Below, in pieces: positions 25,364-35,333 of a DNA stretch of 54,714 bases. Numbering within the stretch: the stretch's first letter is position 1; every line of letters starts with the position of its first letter. The notes beneath the pieces were generated by a model that saw nothing but the letters and a program-made list of their open reading frames with translations, did no database searches and had not been told where the DNA came from. Both the position numbers and the translations under genes were made by a program. Origin of the DNA: a virus (taxonomy: Duplodnaviria > Caudoviricetes); the IMG/VR virus record IMGVR_UViG_3300042549_005982, positions 1 through 54,714 of that record; one strand, given 5' to 3'.

Positions 25364-25690
25364 ATGGCTAACACCTACACTTGGCTCATCTCGGCACTTG
25401 AGTGCTATCCTGAACAGGACGGCAAGGAAGATGTTGTGTTCACCGTCCATTGGCGTCGTCAGGCGACGGACGGCACTTACAATGCCGGCATCTATGGCGC
25501 GCAGCCCGTGACGCTTGATCCCGAAGCGCCGTTCACGCCTTACGCTGCTTTGACTGAAGAGCTGGTCATCGGCTGGCTTGAAGATGCTTTCGGCCCTGAA
25601 CTGCTTTCGGCGCAGGTTGAGGCGCTTGACCAGCAGATTGCTAATCAGATCAATCCGCCCGTGGTGAGTCCACCGCTGCCGTGGGAATGA
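25364..25690 (+). CDS. Tail-fibre-associated (chaperone-like) protein
   Basis: FTPYAALTEELVIGWL...PPLPW, typical downstream of such fibres. Confidence 0.6.
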   Translation: MANTYTWLISALECYPEQDGKEDVVFTVHWRRQATDGTYNAGIYGAQPVTLDPEAPFTPYAALTEELVIGWLEDAFGPELLSAQVEALDQQIANQINPPVVSPPLPWE

Positions 25691-25708
25691 GTGTGGAAGG
25701 AGCCAAAA

Positions 25709-25891
25709 ATGGAAAAGTTGATTAAAATTGAATTGACCATTGCAAAATGGAATGTGGTGATGAAGGGTGTAGGAAATCTGCCGTTCGTGGAAGTTTCTGA
25801 GATTATCGCGGAAATGAAACAGCAGGCTGATCCGCAGTTGCTGCCGGAGGGAATGCAGACCCCGGAAACGTCAGAAGTTCAGCCTTCGTAA
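25709..25891 (+). CDS. Small tail-associated hypothetical protein
   Basis: AAGGAG RBS; LPFVEVSEII motif. Confidence 0.55.
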   Translation: MEKLIKIELTIAKWNVVMKGVGNLPFVEVSEIIAEMKQQADPQLLPEGMQTPETSEVQPS

Positions 25892-25902
25892 AGGAATAAA
25901 AG

Positions 25903-28431
25903 ATGACGACGCCTGATCCGTTCGCCCCTGGGTATCGACTGACTGACGGAAATCAGTTGAATGATCGAGTTGCAAATCCGCAATGGTCTACGACTTCAAG
26001 TCTGGCGGCGAAAGCGGGTGGAACGGTTTTAACGTCGTCAAAGATCGTTGATACTGTTACGCAGATCACAGCGGCGTCCGCTCCGAATGCGGGTGTGGTG
26101 ATTGAACAGGCGCTTCCGGGGCGGCTGCTGTGGATCGTGAATGATGCTCCGAATACTGTCGTGGTGTTTGCGGAAGGCGGATCGACGATTGACGGAGTTC
26201 CGGGTGATGTTGGTATTTATCTGGGCGCTGGGGATAGTGTTTATTTCATCGCCACAGATGTGAATACGTGGCAATCGTTTGCTGCACTGCCTGTTGGTGG
26301 ATTGAATGGCGTTGTTAATATTATAACGAATATTGCGGCACTTCAGGCGTGGAATAAACCGGCGGCTAATAGCCCTGAAATTTTTGCGCTGGTTTATAAC
26401 ACGGTGTTGGGCGATGGCGGTGGACTTTTCTATCTTGACGCTGCGGATCATACGACGCCGGATAACGGCACGACTGTGATTGTGGATGCGCAGGGTAATC
26501 GCTGGAAACGTGAACTTGTTCAAGCGACTTATATCGCAAATACTCCGGCAGGCAATATCGCAGCGACGACGGTGCAGGGCGCGCTTAACGAACTTGACAC
26601 GGAAAAAGTGTCCTATGCTGCGCTGGCGGCAAGCAGTGGGTCTTCGCTGGTTGGATATACGCAGGGTGGCGCTGGCGCTGTTACGGAAACAGTGCAGACT
26701 AAACTACGTCAAAGCGTGAGTGTTGATGACTTTGGTGGAAACGGTAATGGCGTTGCGAATAATACTGCAGCGTTTGCGGCGGCGATGGCAGCTTCCACGT
26801 CGGTGTATGTGCCAGTTGGAACTTATGCGATTGGCTCGTATATTACGCTCCCGGCGAATACTAAGTTGTATGGCCCCGGCACGATAAAAGCCGCAGCGGG
26901 TTATGCTGATAATTTCTTAGTGCTGTTGAGTGCGAACTCGACGCTGGAAGTGAATAAACTAGACGGCACGGGGATGCCGGTTCCGGTGGCGGATTGGACT
27001 GGCGGTGGTGCAGGGCTCGTTAGATCGCCGATCGGTAGTGCTGTTTTTGTGAATGGAGCAGTCGGTTCTTCAGTTGACAACGTGACTATTCGGAATGTGA
27101 CGTTCACAAATTTTCCGAGCGGCCCTGTTTGCACGTTTTATGCGGCTAATCTTCTCGTTGATGGCTGTCTGGCGCTCAACTCACAGACCGCTGTGGCGAC
27201 GAAACCGAATGCGGTGTTTAATATTCAAAGTTCGAACCATGTTCGACTGGTGAATAGTCACGCGCAAAATTATAACGTGAAGGTGTTTTATTTCGGAAAT
27301 TGTTATAATGGATTGATGCAAGGCTGCGCCTGCACGTCTGCGAGTATTGCTTGGCCGGGATTTTCCGCATCGCACTATATCTCTGGTGGATTTTCCCATG
27401 TCATTTCGGGATGTCAGAGTGAATATTCGTTTGGCGTGAAATTAACGCAGACGAGCGATGTCGCTGTAGTTGGATATACCAGCCTTAATCCGGCATACGG
27501 TGGAATGATTATTCAGTCTTCAACCGATATTGAGATTAGTAATTGTTTGTTTAGACTCACGCCGACTGGCGGCGCGGATACGCCGTATGGGATTGGATTT
27601 GTTGCGCCGCAGACTGAAAGCGATGTTCGCCGCGTTACCGTATCCAACTGCAATATCATATATGCCTCGCCGGGAACGTCGATAAATAATTCCGGTTTCC
27701 TTTTCCAGTTGGTTAACGACTCGGCACCGCCGGTAGGATTGACGGTAAATATCGACGATATTCAGATTAATAACTGCACCGTCACGTCGCCGTATGTCGG
27801 AGTAAAGATGGACCCGTTTACTGGAACCTGGACAAGTGGCACGATTTCGAGAGTGAAGATTAATAATTGTTCGATTTATAATCCTGTGCTGTATGGCATT
27901 TTGTCGTATTGTGCGAGCTTGGAAGTAAGCGGCTGTCTGATGCAGGGTATGGGTGCGGGAGTTACGCAGCCATTGGCGGCCCTTTATACCCAACCGAATG
28001 ATACGCTCGCGTATTTGCGGGTTGTGAATAACATAACCCGTGCGGTGGATGCGGCTACAGTTCATTGGGATATTGCACAAGGTGGCAGCGCGAATAACGG
28101 TAAATTTGCTACGATAGAGTTTAGCAACAACCACGCAGATTATGGCACATATTGTATGCGCTATGATGGAGGTCTTGCGGGATCGACTTTGAACACGTTT
28201 GTTGTTCAGAATAATATCGGCAGTTTCCAAAGCGCGGCTGATGCGATTTCTATGACGATGATCCCGGCCCCTGGTAACACATTTTCCGTCTGCCTACAGG
28301 GCAATTCGCTCGTTGATTCAGCGGCAAGGCGGAATTTGAAAGTTATTAATTCTGCCGCGATCACCAATATTGTTGATGGCGGTGCGACTGGTAATAACGT
28401 CAACACCGGCCAGCCGGTTTATGTCCCGTAA
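25903..28431 (+). CDS. Tailspike 1, parallel beta-helix (pectate-lyase-like) depolymerase
   Basis: GDGGGLFY..DNG, TVQTKLRQSVSVDDFG, VYVPVGTY, Asn-ladder repeats. Confidence 0.85.
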   Translation: MTTPDPFAPGYRLTDGNQLNDRVANPQWSTTSSLAAKAGGTVLTSSKIVDTVTQITAASAPNAGVVIEQALPGRLLWIVNDAPNTVVVFAEGGSTIDGVPGDVGIYLGAGDSVYFIATDVNTWQSFAALPVGGLNGVVNIITNIAALQAWNKPAANSPEIFALVYNTVLGDGGGLFYLDAADHTTPDNGTTVIVDAQGNRWKRELVQATYIANTPAGNIAATTVQGALNELDTEKVSYAALAASSGSSLVGYTQGGAGAVTETVQTKLRQSVSVDDFGGNGNGVANNTAAFAAAMAASTSVYVPVGTYAIGSYITLPANTKLYGPGTIKAAAGYADNFLVLLSANSTLEVNKLDGTGMPVPVADWTGGGAGLVRSPIGSAVFVNGAVGSSVDNVTIRNVTFTNFPSGPVCTFYAANLLVDGCLALNSQTAVATKPNAVFNIQSSNHVRLVNSHAQNYNVKVFYFGNCYNGLMQGCACTSASIAWPGFSASHYISGGFSHVISGCQSEYSFGVKLTQTSDVAVVGYTSLNPAYGGMIIQSSTDIEISNCLFRLTPTGGADTPYGIGFVAPQTESDVRRVTVSNCNIIYASPGTSINNSGFLFQLVNDSAPPVGLTVNIDDIQINNCTVTSPYVGVKMDPFTGTWTSGTISRVKINNCSIYNPVLYGILSYCASLEVSGCLMQGMGAGVTQPLAALYTQPNDTLAYLRVVNNITRAVDAATVHWDIAQGGSANNGKFATIEFSNNHADYGTYCMRYDGGLAGSTLNTFVVQNNIGSFQSAADAISMTMIPAPGNTFSVCLQGNSLVDSAARRNLKVINSAAITNIVDGGATGNNVNTGQPVYVP

Positions 28432-28444
28432 TTTGGAGAAAACA

Positions 28445-28678
28445 ATGCCAATGCACCCAGATCATTCGACGCCCGATCTTGTTGGGGCATTGTTTACGAC
28501 GACAAATGAAAAGGTAGGAGGGGTTGTTGCGGGGGCGGCGATAACGTCACCGATGTGGTTGCAACAGATAAAGCCGTATTCAGATGTCGCGGCGATTTTC
28601 GTCCCGATTTTGGGTTGCATTTATCTGACGTTGCAGATTACGTTTAAGTTGTGGGATCGGACAAGAAAGGAAGACTGA
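28445..28678 (+). CDS. Small membrane protein (holin-like)
   Basis: Two hydrophobic segments, basic C-terminus. Confidence 0.5.
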   Translation: MPMHPDHSTPDLVGALFTTTNEKVGGVVAGAAITSPMWLQQIKPYSDVAAIFVPILGCIYLTLQITFKLWDRTRKED

Positions 28679-28679
28679 T

Positions 28680-28853
28680 ATGAAAAAGTGTTGTGACCAT
28701 AAACGCCCGGATCGTGAAAGTCATGTTATGGGCATGAAGCATGACATGGGTAAACTGATGTCTGCGAAGGCGAACAAAGGCGGTATCGCCCCGAATACGC
28801 AGCAGAAAGAATTGAAAAGTCTGAAGTCCAGCAAGCAGCCGGGAGGTAATTGA
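28680..28853 (+). CDS. Lys-rich micro-protein (MKKCCDHKRP...)
   Basis: Manual translation. Confidence 0.5.
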   Translation: MKKCCDHKRPDRESHVMGMKHDMGKLMSAKANKGGIAPNTQQKELKSLKSSKQPGGN

Positions 28854-28854
28854 T

Positions 28855-29022
28855 TTGGCGAAGGGCAAAATGACGATGGCTGAGTGGGAACGCTCGCCGA
28901 TGGACAAGAAAAAGGACGCAGCGCTCAAGAAAAAGGGCGTGAAAGAAGGCTCTGCCAAGGACAAGGCGATGGACAAAAAGGGCCTTGCTGCTTACAATGC
29001 CAAGGTCGGCAAGAAGAAATAA
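28855..29022 (+). CDS. Lys-rich micro-protein (…EWERSPMDKKKDAALKKKGVKEGS…)
   Basis: TTG start after GGAGGT; manual translation. Confidence 0.6.
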   Translation: MAKGKMTMAEWERSPMDKKKDAALKKKGVKEGSAKDKAMDKKGLAAYNAKVGKKK

Positions 29023-29045
29023 GCCCACTACGGATTGCGTATAAG

Positions 29046-30410
29046 ATGGACTTAACCGCACAAAATGCAAAAGTGATTGAGTGGCCGGAAAAGCTGCAAT
29101 GCTTGTTCTGGCCGCAGGTCAATGGTTTGCCTGTGCGTTATCGAGTTTTATATGGCGGTCGTGGTGGCGCGAAGTCATGGGGAATTGCGAGGGCACTGGT
29201 GCTGCTTGCGGCAAAAAAGACCCTTCGCATTCTCTGTGCTCGTGAATTACAAAACTCAATTCGTGACTCGGTGCACAGAGTTTTAAGTGACCAGATTGAT
29301 CTTTTAGGACTGCAAGGTTTTTATCAGATCGAGCAGGCAAGAATTTATTGCCCGTCTACAGGCTCGGAATTTTCTTTCGAGGGCATTCGAAACAATGTCA
29401 CGAAGATTAAGTCATATGAAGGTGTGGACATTTGCTGGGTGGAAGAAGCGAATAAAGTCACGAAGACCTCGTGGGACGTGCTTATTCCGACGATCCGTAA
29501 GGAAGGTTCTGAAATCTGGGCTTCGTTTAACCCGGAGCTTGAGAGCGATGATACGTATGTGAGATTTGTGCTGCAGCCGCCGAAGAACGCGATTGTGCAG
29601 AAGATTTCATGGCGCGATAATCCGTGGTTTCCGCAGGTTTTGAAGCAGGAAATGCTCGATCTTAAAGTCCGCGACCGCGATGCGTATTTGCATGTGTGGG
29701 AAGGGGAGTGCCGAAAAAGTCTGGAAGGAGCGGTTTATGCGGACGAACTTCGTGACTGCGCTGAAGAAGGTCGTATCACACACGTTCCTCACCATTCTAG
29801 CTCTGCTGTTAATTTGTATTTCGATCTTGGCCGGTCAGACAGCACGGCAATTATCTTCGAGCAATACGTCGGAATGCAACGACGAGTCGTGGACTTTTAC
29901 GAGAATCGACTCAAAGGGCTAGATCATTACATTCATGTGCTGCGCACACGCAGGGGCTCCACGGGCGAACTTTATGACTATGGTATCTGCTGGTTGCCGC
30001 ATGACGCTCGGGCCAAGACATTAGGTTCGAAGAAGTCGATAGAAGAGCAGATGCGTGATGCGGGTTTTCAGGTTCGGATCGTGCCGAGGTTGAGCAAGTT
30101 CGACGGGATTATTGCGGCGAGAAGCATTTTCCCGACATGCTGGTTTGATGCCGCAAAATGTGAGAAGGGGCTTTTACACGCTCTTCGGCATTATCATTAC
30201 GAAGAAAACCCCGTGACTGAGACGTTCAGCGCGGAACCTGTGCATGATTGGTCGTCTCATGCTGCTGACGCTTTTCGATACATGGCTATTGCCTCGAACG
30301 AAGGCGGATCGGATGGGCGCAGTCGTAAGGTGGCGGGGGCGCTAAAGCGTCAAAGCGGGTTAATGGGTAAGCTGCAGAATTTGGGCGAAAGCCTGGGATG
30401 GATGGGATAA
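29046..30410 (+). CDS. terL: Terminase large subunit (PBSX/Terminase_3-like)
   Basis: YGGRGGAKS, CARELQNSI, WVEEA, FNP, FDLG, HAADAFRY. Confidence 0.93.
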   Translation: MDLTAQNAKVIEWPEKLQCLFWPQVNGLPVRYRVLYGGRGGAKSWGIARALVLLAAKKTLRILCARELQNSIRDSVHRVLSDQIDLLGLQGFYQIEQARIYCPSTGSEFSFEGIRNNVTKIKSYEGVDICWVEEANKVTKTSWDVLIPTIRKEGSEIWASFNPELESDDTYVRFVLQPPKNAIVQKISWRDNPWFPQVLKQEMLDLKVRDRDAYLHVWEGECRKSLEGAVYADELRDCAEEGRITHVPHHSSSAVNLYFDLGRSDSTAIIFEQYVGMQRRVVDFYENRLKGLDHYIHVLRTRRGSTGELYDYGICWLPHDARAKTLGSKKSIEEQMRDAGFQVRIVPRLSKFDGIIAARSIFPTCWFDAAKCEKGLLHALRHYHYEENPVTETFSAEPVHDWSSHAADAFRYMAIASNEGGSDGRSRKVAGALKRQSGLMGKLQNLGESLGWMG

Positions 30411-32612
30411 ATGGCACGGCAAGCAGTTGACAGCGATAAATTCCAGAAAGTCCTGAAACGTGCGCAAGAGCGTTTTAAGCGTTGCGAAGGCTGGGAAAGC
30501 TACGCCCGCAGATTGTTCATGGATGACATTCGTTTTGCGAATGCGGACGCTGACAATAAATATCAGTGGCCGACGCGCATGTGGAATGATCGGCAGCGCG
30601 ATGAGCGTCCTGCCTTAACGATCAACAAGACCCGTCAGCATAATCTGAACATCATTAACGATGCGAAGATGAATAAGCCGGGAATTAAGTATCGTGCTGC
30701 TGGTAATGGTGCGACAGCGGAAAGTGCTCGAATTTGGGACGGAATCGCGAGACACATTGAGTATCAGTCAAATGCCCCGGCGCACTACGATTACGCCACG
30801 CGCTTTCAGGTCGAAGCTGGCATCGGCTATCTGCGTGTCAACACGGACTACGTGGACGAGAACTCGTTCGATCAGGAAATTTATATCACGAGTATCGCAG
30901 ACCCGCTGACGGTTTATATTGACCCGGACGCGAAGGCTCCGGCGAAAGAAGATGCGCGCTTTGCGTTTATCTTCGAAGACATGCCGAAAGATTTGTTCGA
31001 CCAGAAATATCCGCAGTATAAGCAGTTTGCTGGGCAGGAAGTTCTTGTTGGCGAAAAAGGCTGGTATGACGAGGACCATGTTCGCGTTGCGGAATATTTT
31101 GAAGCGGAAGACGTGAACGATGAACTGCTGATGTTCGATGGTCCGAATGGTCAGCCAATGACGCTTATGGCCTCGGACTTGCGGAAGGTCGATCCGAAAA
31201 GTAAAATTTTTGATGATCCCCAGACCCGTAAACGTGACGTGACTCGCCGTGTGATCCATTACCACTTTATTGTTGGTAATCATGTGGTGCAGGAAGAAGA
31301 AAAGGTTTGGATTGGCAAGACCATTCCGATTATTCCAGTTGTTGGTGAGGAAACGATTATTGAGGGAAGGCTGGACCGTAAAGGTCACACCCGTGCGTTA
31401 AAAGACCCTCAGCGTATGTATAACTATTGGGCGTCTGCTGCAGTAGAATACGGAGCCTTGCAGTCCAAAACTCCATGGATCGTTGGAGTGGAAAGCGTAG
31501 AAGGCTTTGAGGAATACTGGGCTACGGCGAATCGCCAAAATCATGCGTATCTGCCTTATAAGTCTGTTGGAGATGATGGTAAGCCTTTGCCTCCACCTTC
31601 TCGTATTGAACCACCTGTGCCGTCGCCGGTCGCGCTAAAAGGCATGGAAGTGGCGAATGTTGAAATGCAGATGGTTTCCGGGCAATACGAAAACCAACTG
31701 GGTATGCAGGGAAATGAACGCACGGGGAAAGCCATAGCCGAAAGGCAACGGCAGGGAGATCGTGCGACTTATCATTTTATCGACCATCTGGCGATTGCTA
31801 TTCGGCAGGTTGGTAAGATCATTCTTGATCTCGTGCCGAAAGTTTACGACACCAACCGTGTTGTGATGATTTTGGCTGAGAACAATGAGAGTCTGGAAGT
31901 CAAGCTCGATCCGCAGTTGCAGCAAGCGCATATGCTGGAATTGAATGAGAATAATGAAGTGATCGGGCGGGTGCTGAACCCGGCGGTCGGAAGTTATGAA
32001 GTGCTGGCTGATGTGGGTCCGGGCTATGCGACGAGACGTGAGGAAGCGTTTAATGCGCTGACTCTGATCCTGACGCAGAACCCTGCGCTGACGAGCGTTA
32101 TTGGCGACATCATGTTCCGCGCTGGCGACTTCCCGATGGCGGAAGAAGCGGCAGAGCGTCTGAAGCGCATGGTTCCCCCGCAGGCGCTCGGTCAAGGCCC
32201 GTCGCAAAACGAGCAGATGCTTGCCGCACAACTTCAGCAGATGCAGCAGGCCCTTCAAGCCTCTATGGATGAGTTGGCGAAGGAAAAAGGCAAATCCCAG
32301 GCGAGACTCGAAAAAAGAGAGGTCGAGGTTTACGACGCGATCACTAAACGTCTGGACATTCTACTCAAGAATGTGGGAATGTCGCCGCAGCAGAACGCGC
32401 AAATTACCGATCAGGCTGTGCAGGAAAGCACCGAAGTCCCGATCAGCGATACCTACGAAGGGCACGAAGATCAGATGCCGGGACGGCAGATGGCGTTGCC
32501 GCTTGAGGATCACGAAATGCCAGAAGGCGCGTTTCGTGGAGAAGATGGACATGCTTATGCGCCACACCCGGAAATGCCCGGAATGATGGCCCGCGTTACG
32601 AAGGAGAGTTGA
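30411..32612 (+). CDS. Portal protein, P22-like
   Basis: 733 aa directly after TerL; QWP...RPALTINK, KDPQRMYNY, DVGPGYATRREEA. Confidence 0.9.
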   Translation: MARQAVDSDKFQKVLKRAQERFKRCEGWESYARRLFMDDIRFANADADNKYQWPTRMWNDRQRDERPALTINKTRQHNLNIINDAKMNKPGIKYRAAGNGATAESARIWDGIARHIEYQSNAPAHYDYATRFQVEAGIGYLRVNTDYVDENSFDQEIYITSIADPLTVYIDPDAKAPAKEDARFAFIFEDMPKDLFDQKYPQYKQFAGQEVLVGEKGWYDEDHVRVAEYFEAEDVNDELLMFDGPNGQPMTLMASDLRKVDPKSKIFDDPQTRKRDVTRRVIHYHFIVGNHVVQEEEKVWIGKTIPIIPVVGEETIIEGRLDRKGHTRALKDPQRMYNYWASAAVEYGALQSKTPWIVGVESVEGFEEYWATANRQNHAYLPYKSVGDDGKPLPPPSRIEPPVPSPVALKGMEVANVEMQMVSGQYENQLGMQGNERTGKAIAERQRQGDRATYHFIDHLAIAIRQVGKIILDLVPKVYDTNRVVMILAENNESLEVKLDPQLQQAHMLELNENNEVIGRVLNPAVGSYEVLADVGPGYATRREEAFNALTLILTQNPALTSVIGDIMFRAGDFPMAEEAAERLKRMVPPQALGQGPSQNEQMLAAQLQQMQQALQASMDELAKEKGKSQARLEKREVEVYDAITKRLDILLKNVGMSPQQNAQITDQAVQESTEVPISDTYEGHEDQMPGRQMALPLEDHEMPEGAFRGEDGHAYAPHPEMPGMMARVTKES

Positions 32613-32613
32613 G

Positions 32614-34026
32614 ATGGCTTACTGGGATGAAGTGCTCGGCAATGTGCCGGAAGGTTTAATGGGTTCCGCGCAGGGCATGTATGATGTAGCCACAAATCCT
32701 CTCCAGGCTGCGCAGGGTGTTGGTTATTATGCAATGCACCCGCAAGAGGCAGCAGCTCGTGCTTATGGGCATTATGCCAGACGTTATAAAAATTTGCCGA
32801 CTGCGATGGAAACATTTCGGCAGAATCCTGTAAGTGTTGCGGAGGACCTTTTGCCTCTGGCGGCGCTGAGAGGACTTGCAAAAAAAGGTGCAAAAGCTGG
32901 GGCCAAAAAAGGAGCGCAGGAAGCGGCTCGCCGTGAAATTGCAGGGCCTGCGGCTATCGAAGGGGAAGTGCTTCCCCCTAGACCGCAAATTGGCTATATG
33001 CCCCCGGAGCCTGTTCCGGCTGCGCCGTATTATCGCAATGTCCCGCCGGAAATGGGCACGTCGATGCGTCCGATGACGCCGTTCCAGCAGAACCAAGTCG
33101 GCCTTTCGACTGGGCGGTTTGGTATGCAGGGTTATGCGCCGGAAATGGCTGTCACGGACTTTGAGTCGTATGCTCCGGGTGGCATGGGCCGCACGACTAC
33201 TGGTCCGACGCCGATGAACAAGTTCGATCAGAACATGATGGACGCTTATCGCCGTGGTCGAATGAGCACAGGTGCTTCACGCGGAATGTATGGCGAATAC
33301 ACTCCGGAGGAAATGGGCTCCGCAGTTGCGCCGTATCGGCAGGGTGGACTGGTTTATGAGCCTGTCGGCCCGCAGGGTGCAGCTCCTCGTCAGATTGGCG
33401 GTCCGCAGGGTGCGCCGCGTTTGGGCTATGAGCGAGGCCCGATTGAGGGTGAATGGTCGGAAGTCTATGGCATCGGTGGCCCGCAGGGTCGTCCGGGTTA
33501 TGGCGGCGAAACGTCGATGGGTTCTCGCATGGCTGCGGGGGCATATCCCTATGTCTCAAATGCTGGACGCGGAGGGCTGCCGTGGGGCACGATGGCCGGA
33601 ATTGGTGCCGCTGGTGCAGCTTTTCCAATGGCGATGGATTATTTTTCGAATAATCCATTGCAGCCTACAAATGCGCCGGAAGCTGCAGCTCTGCATCCGA
33701 CTTTCCATGGTCAGATGGGGCCAGTGGAATTGCCGAGCGAACGCCGAGTTGCGCAACTTCCGCCTTTAGATATTTATTCACGTCGAGGGGGCGCTGCTGC
33801 GGCTCCTTCCGCACCGACAGGTAAATCACAAAAAGGAGCAAGAGGTGCTGGACAGAAGGGTGCACCGTTGCCGCCAACTCGCCCGGAAGAATATAATGCA
33901 GGTCAGTTTGAACCTAACCTGAATTACCAGTTTACTGCTGCGCTTGATGCGTTATTTGGACAGCGAGAAGCCAAACGTGGCCGCAACACTCAAGAATATT
34001 ACGCCACAAACCCGTGGCCGTATTAA
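32614..34026 (+). CDS. Low-complexity Gly/Pro/Tyr/Met-rich protein, possible internal virion protein
   Basis: 470 aa with GPQG repeats, between portal and scaffold. Confidence 0.6.
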   Translation: MAYWDEVLGNVPEGLMGSAQGMYDVATNPLQAAQGVGYYAMHPQEAAARAYGHYARRYKNLPTAMETFRQNPVSVAEDLLPLAALRGLAKKGAKAGAKKGAQEAARREIAGPAAIEGEVLPPRPQIGYMPPEPVPAAPYYRNVPPEMGTSMRPMTPFQQNQVGLSTGRFGMQGYAPEMAVTDFESYAPGGMGRTTTGPTPMNKFDQNMMDAYRRGRMSTGASRGMYGEYTPEEMGSAVAPYRQGGLVYEPVGPQGAAPRQIGGPQGAPRLGYERGPIEGEWSEVYGIGGPQGRPGYGGETSMGSRMAAGAYPYVSNAGRGGLPWGTMAGIGAAGAAFPMAMDYFSNNPLQPTNAPEAAALHPTFHGQMGPVELPSERRVAQLPPLDIYSRRGGAAAAPSAPTGKSQKGARGAGQKGAPLPPTRPEEYNAGQFEPNLNYQFTAALDALFGQREAKRGRNTQEYYATNPWPY

Positions 34027-34028
34027 CA

Positions 34029-34049
34029 GAAGGGGGAACTTCCCCCTTC
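34029..34049 (+). terminator. Perfect hairpin, possible terminator or processing site
   Basis: GAAGGGGGAA-C-TTCCCCCTTC; no clear U tract. Confidence 0.35.
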
Positions 34050-34067
34050 ACACTATAGGAGCCAAGA

Positions 34068-34400
34068 ATGTCAAGAGAGCCGTTGATTAGGTTGCCGGGA
34101 AAAGGCGCACATGCCCATAAACTGGTGGCGAAAACTGCGATGGAAATGGCGCAGGAAGTCTATGAAAAGAATGCTGGACGCTCAAACGATTTTTATGAAA
34201 AGTATCCAGATCGTGAAGCGTATGTTTCAAGTTGCTGGGCGCTTTATCTTGATGCTGCTAGGACCACTTTGACGCAGTTATTGACTACGAACATGGATGA
34301 CAACTTGAAGCAAGAGATATATGATGCCTTGGTGAAAGACGCTACGTTGCGTCGAGGACGTGAGGGCGTCCTTCAAATGAAACACGGTGCAGGAGCCTAA
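34068..34400 (+). CDS. Hypothetical protein
   Basis: AGGAG RBS. Confidence 0.7.
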   Translation: MSREPLIRLPGKGAHAHKLVAKTAMEMAQEVYEKNAGRSNDFYEKYPDREAYVSSCWALYLDAARTTLTQLLTTNMDDNLKQEIYDALVKDATLRRGREGVLQMKHGAGA

Positions 34401-34401
34401 C

Positions 34402-35172
34402 ATGAAAACTTTGATGCTGAATTTTTGGGAAGGCGCGATGCGCCAAAGTGACGGAGAGCAGGGCGCGGCACCGCCAGAGGCACCAGCCGCTGTCGAGGCT
34501 CCCGTTGTGGCCGATGCTGGTCAAGAAACGGTAGCAGATAGCGTTCCCCACGATGCTGCTCCCGATGAAAGCTCTGCGAAACCCCCGCAGGGCCTGCTTG
34601 ACCGCATCGGCCAGCTTACTCGCCAAAAGCGTGAACTTGAAGAACGACTGCAGCAGGTTCAATACTATCAGCAGCCGCAGGCTTATGAACAGCCGCAGGA
34701 TGCTGGTTACGATCCTCGCACCGTGCAGTTGGAAATTCACCGGCAGGCCCAGGAACTCGCCAAACATCAGGCTTGGAAAGATACGACTGACAAGATTTGG
34801 AATGAGGGCCTGAACAAGTTTGGCGATTGGGCTCCGCAGCTTAACAACATGGCTCAGATTTTAGGTGGTATTCCGACCACGCTGACAGAAGCTGCGATTG
34901 AAACTGGAAATCCGCAGGACGTGCTTTATCATCTGGCAAAGAACCCTGATGAAGCAGCGCGGATTGCGATGCTTCCGCCGACAAGGCAGGCGGTGGCGGT
35001 CGCAAAATTAGCGAGTGGATTGAACGCACCGAAACGTGTTTCGTCTGCTCCTCCGCCCATTACTCCGAAAGTGCAGGGTATTGGGTCTGCTCCGGCGACC
35101 CTTGACGATCCCAACATTTCTATGGAAGAATGGGCAAGATTACGCAACGAGGCAACTCGTCGCAGAAGGTAG
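34402..35172 (+). CDS. Scaffolding protein
   Basis: Acidic N-terminus, coiled coil, YHLAKNPDEAARIA, basic C-terminus; precedes coat. Confidence 0.75.
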   Translation: MKTLMLNFWEGAMRQSDGEQGAAPPEAPAAVEAPVVADAGQETVADSVPHDAAPDESSAKPPQGLLDRIGQLTRQKRELEERLQQVQYYQQPQAYEQPQDAGYDPRTVQLEIHRQAQELAKHQAWKDTTDKIWNEGLNKFGDWAPQLNNMAQILGGIPTTLTEAAIETGNPQDVLYHLAKNPDEAARIAMLPPTRQAVAVAKLASGLNAPKRVSSAPPPITPKVQGIGSAPATLDDPNISMEEWARLRNEATRRRR

Positions 35173-35174
35173 GC

Positions 35175-35333
35175 GGGATCACCTTACGATCCCCCCTCTC
35201 TGGCCGCAGGGTAAGTGGTCTGGGCTGGCCCGACAAAGTGACGGACGCGGGCACCGTCGAAACGCAGAGGACTCCCTCCTGCTTTTGGCTTTTGAACAGC
35301 GCGTCCGCGCACTTACTAGGAGGGCCGTAGGCC
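35175..35333 (+). promoter_or_regulatory. Structured 5' leader of the coat gene
   Basis: Nested stems GTAAGTG/CACTTAC and CGGACGCG/CGCGTCCG plus internal hairpins, ending next to AGGAGG. Confidence 0.5.

Noticed and set aside
28884-29045. N-terminal extension of TerL
   Set aside because: It overlaps a Lys-rich ORF with a good RBS (28855..29022); ATG 29046 is the more plausible start
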